A stretch of 39,686 nt of DNA from Octopus bimaculoides. Its lineage: Eukaryota. The translations under genes were made by a program, and so were the position numbers. The stretch is taken from NCBI RefSeq assembly GCF_001194135.2, contig NC_068996.1:53828839-53868524 (forward strand), in the 5' to 3' direction. Under the pieces are notes generated by a model that was not told where the DNA came from, did no database searches, and saw only the letters and a list, made by a program, of their open reading frames with translations. This document shows positions 30,780-39,686 of this stretch, in pieces (positions within the stretch are counted from its first letter, which is position 1; every line of letters starts with the position of its first letter).

Positions 30780-31945
30780 TTCATACATACACACACAGAC
30801 TCACACATGTTTACACATAAACATGTTTGCACATACTCAGACACACATGTAGAAGAATATGCATTATTCATCAACAAGATATACAATGAATGCTGCATGT
30901 TGGAATTGCAGAACAAGTTTTCAGTTCAACTTGCATAAATACGAAAGCAGAATTACTTGATACTTAGTAAAATACATAATCTCTCTAAGAATCCTATTTT
31001 TTATATCATAAATGTGTTCGAAATATTTTTTGTACGAACCAAAATGCTTCCTATATTAAGTTGATTATTATAATAATATTTAAAATTAAGTTTGATACTT
31101 GTAAAAAAATAGTAATTGTACCAATGAATTTTTTTTTGTTCTGTATGAATTTGGAACAAATTGAAATAACTTATTTCTCAGCATGGTATGTTTTCAGGAA
31201 TATATATTTGCAAGAATGTATGATAGTTTTTAAGTATTTATCATCATTTAATTTAAAACATTATATAATGATTTTTTTTTACCTTTTTGCTTATAATTTA
31301 AGTAATGTATTTAAATGCTATGTTGTCTAAGTTTGTATTTATAATTTTACATTTACATTGCCAATTCTGAACTGACAAATCCAATTCTATTTCGAAATTT
31401 CCAAATCATATTTCTTTTATGATTAAAGTTCTTAGTGACTTCCATATTTTCCAAATATTTCCCATAATTCATAGTTCACTTCGTTAATGTATCTTTCATT
31501 TTTTTTTTTCCCCCCTCTCTCAATTTTTCTTTTCCTGAAAGGAAACCCTTTACAAACCTTCACAACTCTCTTCCTGCCTTGAATAGTAAATCACTTTTCA
31601 GATATCATTCACTAATAAATGTTATTGTGCTGTAAATAATTCAAAATTTGATCTACAACATCCTTAAACAAGTCTTTCTACTAAATTGGAGAAAACCTCA
31701 ACACCAATGAATTATTTCTAATGTAAACCTTCCAGCAAATGGATAAACTAAAATTTAATTATTTCTTTAATCTTCAGATGAAAACTGAAAGAAATTCCTG
31801 GTAGAAAATATTAATTAGCATAAGTAGTAATTAGAATTGCTTTACATTGATAACATCCTTAAGAAGGTGTCCAAAGAGATATTTAATACCGAATTTTCTC
31901 TTCTGCTAATTTTTCCTTTATCTCTGTTTTGTCTGTACATTCTAG

Positions 31946-31969
31946 TGATTTACTCTGGAGAAATAGCAG
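31946..31969 (+). CDS. Candidate 24-nt phase-1 microexon (x-IYSGEIA-x)
   Basis: Branch-like CTAAT at 31906-31910, a pyrimidine-rich tract of about 33 nt, then TTCTAG|TGATTTACTCTGGAGAAATAGCAG|GTAAGT with a consensus CAG|GTAAGT donor. Confidence 0.7.
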
Positions 31970-32220
31970 GTAAGTGGTTCAGTCAAGAATATACAATGGG
32001 CATTCCTCCATCAATTCACATCTTTCTACGAGTCTCTTTTTCCACTTTACCTTTTTAATCCTTCTCAAGATAAACAACCAATTTTCTTCAGCATATACAA
32101 TTCTACATTAAATTTGTATGTATACATATGTATGTGCGTGCATGTGTGTGTCTGTATGATTGTAACTTTTTGTATGAGCATCTATACATGCCTTCATATA
32201 TATATATATATATATATATA

Positions 32221-32732
32221 NNNNNNNNNNNNNNNNNNNNNNNNNNNNNNNNNNNNNNNNNNNNNNNNNNNNNNNNNNNNNNNNNNNNNNNNNNNNNNNN
32301 NNNNNNNNNNNNNNNNNNNNNNNNNNNNNNNNNNNNNNNNNNNNNNNNNNNNNNNNNNNNNNNNNNNNNNNNNNNNNNNNNNNNNNNNNNNNNNNNNNNN
32401 NNNNNNNNNNNNNNNNNNNNNNNNNNNNNNNNNNNNNNNNNNNNNNNNNNNNNNNNNNNNNNNNNNNNNNNNNNNNNNNNNNNNNNNNNNNNNNNNNNNN
32501 NNNNNNNNNNNNNNNNNNNNNNNNNNNNNNNNNNNNNNNNNNNNNNNNNNNNNNNNNNNNNNNNNNNNNNNNNNNNNNNNNNNNNNNNNNNNNNNNNNNN
32601 NNNNNNNNNNNNNNNNNNNNNNNNNNNNNNNNNNNNNNNNNNNNNNNNNNNNNNNNNNNNNNNNNNNNNNNNNNNNNNNNNNNNNNNNNNNNNNNNNNNN
32701 NNNNNNNNNNNNNNNNNNNNNNNNNNNNNNNN
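32221..32732. other. Largest assembly gap (others about 695-794, 6468-6477, 12092-12190, 14965-15049, 29363-29503, 30280-30534, 35486-35600)
   Basis: Runs of N, mostly bordered by (TA)n; these may hide exons or element ends. Confidence 0.95.
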
Positions 32733-32774
<42 letters not shown>

Positions 32775-33786
32775 GTGTTTGTGTGTGTGTATATACATAC
32801 ACATATATATATGAATGCATGTATAGATGCATTGTGTACTTATGCGTTTGCATTTTTGCATATGTGTTGTTTATAAATTTATGAATCTATCTGTATATTT
32901 TATATATTTTTATAGCATTTTAAAAATGGCCTTTCACAGCCTTTATTCTAGAATTAAGATTATATTTTTCTTCAGCTTAATGTTATAGTATAAGGGAAGC
33001 CATTCTGAAACAGCTTATTTGAATTACCTCACTTGAATTGATATATCTTATCTAATCAATAGTAATAATGTCATTCCAAGAATTCTTCCAATTCTAAGCA
33101 GATTATACATCCAAATTAAATCTCTAATTTCATGAACAATTAGATGGTGATAATGATGATGAATTAAATCATGTATAAATAAAGGAAAAACGAAGCTACG
33201 TCTCCTCTTGTGAAGATTTTAGTGTGTTTTGAAATAGAATTAAACAGCAACAGCATTTATAACACACACACACACACACACACACATACACACACATAAA
33301 TGTTTTAGTATAGTCCACAACCATGAAAGATATGAAATTATGAGCAAAACGGCCTACTTTACTAAATAAAACTTCAGTCACTATGGAAATATTATAATAA
33401 TTATAATAATTGAAATTATCGAAATATAATAATTATAATCAGTAAAGTCTACTAATTAAACAATTAGTCACTATTATAGGAACAAGGGAGAAGATATCAC
33501 TTCTATGAATTTCTTCACCCCCCCCCATCTTTCTTTTGTTATCCTTGTTGTGAACATCCACCCAAAGCCCCAAACTAACTTCTACATTCAGTGTTTCCAT
33601 GCAATAATATCAACCATCTGAAATTCCTGACCTGCCCTAGTTCTTCCTGCTGCTGTAAATTTTCAGCTTTTCAGTTAAAGAGGAACAATAAACTTGCATG
33701 AATCTCGCCAATTTTGGAGGACTTGAGCATAGCCTGTTCTCCAGATCAATCCATTATTGTTAAAAACACACTCACACATGCTTCCA

Positions 33787-33820
<34 letters not shown>

Positions 33821-33837
33821 CATGTAGCCCAATATAA

Positions 33838-34031
33838 AAGTGCCTGTACAGTGCCACATAAAAAGCACCCAGCACACTCTGTAAAGTGGTTGGCATTAGG
33901 AAGGGCAGCATCCAGCTGTAGAAACTGTCAAATTAGACTGGAGCCTGGTGCAGCTCCCCAGCTTACTATCTCTGGTCACACTGTCCAACACATGCCAGCA
34001 TGGACAATGGATATTAAATGATGATGATGAT
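33838..34031 (+). mobile_element. SINE family B (diverged)
   Basis: AAAAGCACCCAGCACACTCTGTAAAGTGGTTGGCATTAGGAAGGGC...CATGCCAGCATGGAC...TTAAATGATGATGATGA. Confidence 0.85.
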
Positions 34032-34334
34032 ATGTCTAAGAATCCATGTTGGAAGAAAACAGGCACTTATATATTTGTCAACAGTGTGGGCACATTAATA
34101 TTTATAGAATACAGTATCACAGATCCATTGTAGCTAAAATTACCAATCAGTTTTGCACATGAGAGTTTGGTGGGGGTGGGGGATAACCTAATCTCAGCAC
34201 ATGTCAGAGGGGCTGGTAGGAAAAGTTATGGCTATGACTTTCTGCTGTCATCAGGTTGGGTGAGGGTGAGGGGTCATATAGTGTCACATTTAGTGTGTGG
34301 GTATTGTGACAAACTAAAATTAAAAAAACAAAAA

Positions 34335-35300
34335 GAAAGACCTGTGTGAAAAGTTCAGAGGGCAATTTACCTTGAGTTATGCCCCTTGGACAAGGATCTT
34401 ATCTTCATGGTGTAAGAGGTAAATGCCAGCAGAGTGGGATTGGAACTGGGATGCAGGCAGTATGGAGTTGATGTGGGTACAGAGGAGGGGGGTTGGAATG
34501 TAGTCAGTCTTAAAATCAAAATCTTAGAATGTATATGTATGTGTGTGTTTGTATGTTATAAGCTGGGCATGGTAGATTTTGTGCTGCACTCTTGGACTGG
34601 TGATGGGAAGTACTGAGGGTGGAAGCTCTAACGTTTGGCAGACAGACTTGCAGAAATATGTGGGCATGACAGAAGGTTCTTTCCAAACCAGATGTAACAA
34701 TAAGTACTCCTGTAATATCCAGGAGAAGTGAAATGTTGCAGCCTTAGCTAGATATATATGGTCATTGAGAGAAAACACTATGGATAACAGTATCAAGTGG
34801 AAAGTAGTTGAGAGGTATAAGCCTTACTTCAATAGCAGTAGGAAGTGCTGGCTGAGCTCGGTAGAGGAAAGAATTTATACTAAAGAACTCTCTTCACTTG
34901 GTTACTGATCTAAACTGTAAAAGGAAATTTTTTTCTGAAGCCACCAACATGAAAGAAAATATGTTTGGATACTGGCAGACTGCACCATGAATATAAACGG
35001 TGGAGCTGCCACCATCAGGACTTTCTGCTGTCACAATCTGAGGATTCAGCAAAAGGTCTACCACATCCAGCTTGTTACATACAATACACACACATACATA
35101 TACATGACCGCACATGATATTAAGTTTGACACCCACATCATCCCCAATTTCTGTCTCTTTCCCTGCAATCACATCATCTCCATTCTCCCCAGACACTAAC
35201 CCCAGCCTCTCTCTTCAGTCACCCTTTATTCTGTGAAGATGCTCAGATCCTTGTTCAAGCAGCTTAACACTAATTGAATTCCCTTTTCAGGGTCTTTTTC
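34335..35300. repeat. Imperfect inverted repeat (arms about 34335-34630 and 35002-35300) around the GIY-YIG relic
   Basis: Revcomp of 34529-34581 (CAAAATCTACCATGCCCAGCTTATAACATACAAACACACACATACATATACAT) matches 35050-35105. GAAGATAAGATCCTTGTCCAAG matches GAAGATGCTCAGATCCTTGTTCAAG. Confidence 0.75.
34654..34878 (+). mobile_element. Penelope-like element GIY-YIG endonuclease C-terminal relic
   Basis: KYVGMTEGSFQTRCNNKYSCNIQEK*NVAALARYIWSLRENTMDNSIKWKVVERYKPYFNSSRKCWL fits the Y(I/V)G-x-TE...F..R.NN...L..YIW.L......I.W pattern of Penelope (Neptune-like) endonucleases. Confidence 0.75.
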
Positions 35301-35600
35301 ATTCTGGTTCAATACCTACAAACTGGATGTCAGAGTTCCTTACTTCCAATGGAAGAGAGTTGTTACCACACTCTTCCTATCAGTCCTTCTGATGAGTATT
35401 AGGATTGAGTTTTCCTCCAAACTCTTGTGTGCAAAACAGTTTGGTGAAATTGGCTGAAATGTATCTATAATACTGTATTATATATNNNNNNNNNNNNNNN
35501 NNNNNNNNNNNNNNNNNNNNNNNNNNNNNNNNNNNNNNNNNNNNNNNNNNNNNNNNNNNNNNNNNNNNNNNNNNNNNNNNNNNNNNNNNNNNNNNNNNNN

Positions 35601-35631
<31 letters not shown>

Positions 35632-35949
35632 TCAAACATAAAGAGAATCCCTTTATTACCAGCAGAAGTAATAGCTCCCCAAGCACCCTCTTCTACAGTC
35701 TATTAGGTTGCCTAAGTAATAGAAGCAATCAATTTATTTCTATAGAAGTGGACTTTGTATGTCCACCTGCCTATAAACATCTTGTACACCCATAGTTCAT
35801 ATATGTGTATCTGTAGGTGTGAAAATAAAAATTTACTTTGAAACTCATTCAGTAACTTCTCTCTCCTATCTCACATATCTTCCTCATCTTTCTCACCCTC
35901 CTACTTATGATAACCATCAATATTTACCTACTTACAAGGTAAATGCTAA

Positions 35950-37290
35950 AAACAATGGTAATGAGGTGTACTATTTGGCCCAAAGCCATTTCTCTTGATT
36001 TTGCATCCTCACATATGCAAGATCCAACATCATTAAGTCTATCCACGTCACTTCTATCTTGTTTGGCCTTCCTCTGTCAGGAGTTCCTTTAAACATCAGC
36101 ATACAACAGACCATTTTACCCAATAGAGAATTTACATTTCATTTTTTATGCAAGTTAAGGCCGTACATCCAAGCAGATCATTTTCAAATCATTTATTTTC
36201 ACACTCTACACCAGGCAGGTCTCAGAAGTTTCAAAACCTAAGTCTCACTCTCATGTGACATAACCCTTCTTATGTTTTTGACATATGTATATAAGAAAAA
36301 AAAAAAAATCCTTTGTTAACAACAAGAACAACAACTCTCTGAAGCTCTCTAGCCCACATTTCTCACTTTAGCTCTATGCATTTACTCCATTTACCTTCAG
36401 TACTAATTATGTTATCTTCATGAAACTATCTACCCTTCAAGAGAATCGTTTGAGGATTTCCTAGACTTGCCATCTACCCATTTACATTCAGTTTATCTGA
36501 GTGACTGATTCTCTTTTAATCTGTGCATGGTGTCAAGATTCTTATCTCCACTGTCCTTCTATATCAAGCAAGGATCCTTCCTAGATGGCACTGGAACCCT
36601 GATTATCCTGTTTCTTATCAGAATTATGGTCTTTTTTATATTGACCATTAATTCCTGGGAGTACAAATTATTCTATTAGTTACAGACGTTTTCTAAAGAT
36701 TTTTCAATAGATTCTGCAATGAGAATCAAGTCATGATCACATGACATTTCCAAGATGTATGCAATTCTGGTGTCCTTAAAGATTATGAAGATTTCGAAGA
36801 TTGTGATAGCATAGGTGAAGAATACCCTCATATCTAATGAATTTAAATTGTTCACTAAATGAAGGAACCCTGAACTGCCTCAAGTCACTTGTGAACCAAT
36901 TATCTTTTTGTAATTTTCTCATCACCCACCAGAGTACAGAACAAGGATCTCTGTTCACCTGTCTTGAAAAAGAACTCTTGCAGTTATAATTTTAAATATA
37001 TGACATCTGTGTTGCGATATTCTGTCACAATCCTAAACAGTGTGTTGCCCAAGCTGATTATATCTTGTGATAACTTTACATACAATATTCCCAGTTTCCA
37101 GCCTAATTTAATTACTTAATCCATAATTATAAGACTTCTATGATTACTTCTCTCTGGAACATCATATTCACTCTCGTGGCTTTTGATGTTGGCATTACCA
37201 AGCCAGTCATTAGGAATCAGATGTAATTCCCATAGTATTGATCTAATCTGATGATTTTAGTGCCTCAGTATTGATCTCTTCAATATGAAA
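35950..37290 (-). mobile_element. Long, heavily decayed RTE LINE 3' half (RT to C-terminus)
   Basis: Collinear minus-strand motifs: DPCSVLWWVMRKL (RT), LMVNIKKT...PSRKDPC, LEGVDSF, SHESET, KGTPDRGRP. Confidence 0.7.
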
Positions 37291-39646
37291 GATTAATAAA
37301 TAGAACAATAAAATATTTATTAACAAAATTTCACAATATAATAGGTGGTGGCCAATACTCTTGAAATAAATATTGTATTGATACCATGAGTGCTATTTGT
37401 ACGAGTCGTCTGTTTGGGCAGACATGAATTTAACATAATGATTGAAATAACAGAACTAGGCGCCTAGAAAGACCAAGTTCTGAAGTTATTGAAGACAAAG
37501 GTAAATGGTTTAGTGAGATAAAATGTAAAAAAAAAAAGGAAAAAAATCAACATTCTTCTAGCGGTCCAAATCCATGATAAAGTCTCAAAAGAATCTGATA
37601 TTTTCCCTTATAACTGAAGATAGTTCAATTGATTACTTAAACTTAGCTTTCATACATGTATTGGTTGCTGTTGCTGTTGTTAAAAAGCCTCTTCTGAGTT
37701 CTGATGAAATAATCTTTCTTCAGAAAAGCATTTTTACAAAATTATCTTGTATTGACCTCACATATATGAAAGTTAAACATAAATACAAAGTATCATTAAG
37801 CCCTGTACTCTTTGGGCACCATTTAATCAGATTAATTAAGAAATGTTTCTTGGTTAACCAATAAAATGCTCGAGGGTAACATTTAGCTGTTATGTTAAAA
37901 GACTGTGTTATTGACATAGAAATCTCCTTATATGTTGGAAGCAAATTTACTCTCACAGCAAGAATAAAAGAAATTTAAAAGTGAAATAATAAACATTTTC
38001 TTCAGCTCTTTTCCTCCACTGAGTTCGTCCATAAATAGTGAAAGTAATTATCTTTAAAACAGCAAAATTGTTTTCTGAATGAAATTTCAAATCTTTATGT
38101 TTCTCTAAACTGAATTGATATTTAATCTAGTTTTAATGTAGACTTTACCTGTATATATATTGATTTTTAAAAAAAATTTATTTTGGTTAAATAAGCTATC
38201 TGATATCCAAAATTTAAACCAGAATTTTAATTTCATCGAATGTCTGTGTAAATGTGTGTATAGATATTGGTGTGTGAAAATCTGAACTCACTGAGATATC
38301 CGACGAAATGACAAGTTTTCTTCCTGCATGTTGACTTTTCTAAAAACAGTTAATAATAATTTTCTTTGAATTCTATGAAATGTTTCCTTCATAACTGAAA
38401 TGAAAACAAAATGTTAACACTTTTAGCAATTCTCTGATTTTTAACGAATTTTTCAAGTAAATGTTTTTTTATCTTTATCATTATCTCATGATATATTGCC
38501 ATAATATATTTCAGGAATGTCTTGTCCAGGCATATATATATATTAATGTATAAATAACTTAGTTATTAAGAAATACTGTGATTTAATTGGTGCTTTGCAT
38601 TTTTCATTATGTTGATGAATCCATCCAAACATGATATTGTTTGGTTTAAGAGTTCTTTTCGTTTCAACAAGCTGAAGTACTCTCCTGTTAATTACTCCCC
38701 AGATAACGACTTTATATATTAAACTCAGTAATATACATTTCTTTCAAGCAGATTGATTTTTTTTTGGAGTTTCCTTGTAAACTTAGCTTTAGTAATACTT
38801 GTATTTTTTTTTTCTTTGAATAGAAGGCACAGTATTTTATTACTTCAGTGTTAAAAGAGTATATTAATATATTTGTGTTCTTTTTATTCATTTTTATTGA
38901 ATAATCAAAACATTGCAAAAAATCAAAGAAAAATCACATTCCGATACAAACACATAAATTCCAGTAAACATTTTTTTTCTCTTGATAATATGAGATTTAT
39001 ATCTTCTAAATAATATGATTTAAGGAAATTTGTTCTACAAAAGCTTCCAGCTCTTTGAAAACTATCAAATTTTATACATTTGTTTTATAAAGGAAAGCCA
39101 TAATCCTTGTTCTATCTATTTGACCATAACACATTTCTCAATTGGTAAATTATTCTCAATCATTCAATATTTAGTGGCATGTTCTGACTCTATCTGCTAT
39201 GTCATGTGGTTTGTGATTCTCTTCTCCAATATTCTAGCATGCGTATTCTTTATTACTGTGATTGTATAATACAAAAATCTACAGTAACTCTAAAATTTCT
39301 CTTTTACTGATAGAACTTTCCAATTGGTCGCTTACATTTATTTGTTCCAATAATTATGAGTGAATCATTTGTTTTATCAAAACAAATAACATTATGATAA
39401 CAACAAAAATGAATACTTTTATGATAACAACTTTCTCTTCATCCTAACAACTTTTAACACAACATGTCATTGCCACATTTCTTTAAATGCTGGCAACAAC
39501 ATCGCATAACCCTTTCCAAATAACTCTTGCAATGAAAAAAAAATGTCTGAAAATGGGAATGATTGATGGTTTGTAAAGTTGTTTGAAACACATTTAAAGA
39601 ATAAATCTGAAGAGGTAGGTATGCGTATATGTGTTATATATGTAAA

Positions 39647-39686
<40 letters not shown>

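Noticed and set aside
31778-31800. 23-nt exon candidate after a strong TTCAG acceptor
   Set aside because: Weak donor (GTAGAA), and TGA in both the phase-1 and phase-2 frames.
505-32884. Long ORFs rich in YI/HT/CV repeats or X (e.g. 11787-12551, 27514-28002, 32103-32884)
   Set aside because: These are translations of (TA)n, (CA)n, (TACA)n and N-gaps, which lack stop codons by composition.
37456-37467. Perfect 12-bp palindrome CTAGGCGCCTAG and nearby AAG|GTAAAT donor (37501)
   Set aside because: A single short palindrome; the upstream acceptors either lack a pyrimidine tract or lead to stops.

Overview
AT-rich, microsatellite-dense eukaryotic sequence with 8 N-gaps. The SINE, LINE and MITE types look like a coleoid cephalopod (octopus-type) genome; this is recognition from memory, not a database result. 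Almost all ORFs in the six-frame track are microsatellite or gap artefacts. The window reads as mostly intron of a + strand host gene I cannot name. It has one 92-nt exon (2050-2141), a possible short terminal exon (2249-2283 plus AATAAA), and two 24-nt phase-1 microexon candidates (20473-20496, 31946-31969), each encoding a Ser-Gly motif. The introns hold four SINE-like families (my labels A-D), decayed RTE, L2-like, R4/Dong and Penelope-like retroelement fragments, piggyBac-, hAT- and Tc1/pogo-type MITEs, a triplicated decayed tRNA-Thr(TGT) unit and several minisatellites. Best leads: (1) the Ser-Gly microexon gene, (2) an R4/Dong element flanked on both sides by (TACA)n, (3) the tRNA-Thr unit cluster with an inverted copy, (4) a Penelope relic with inverted arms and a hammerhead-like core, (5) several close inverted repeat pairs that could form intronic dsRNA. 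Repeat boundaries are by eye, about +/-10-30 nt.
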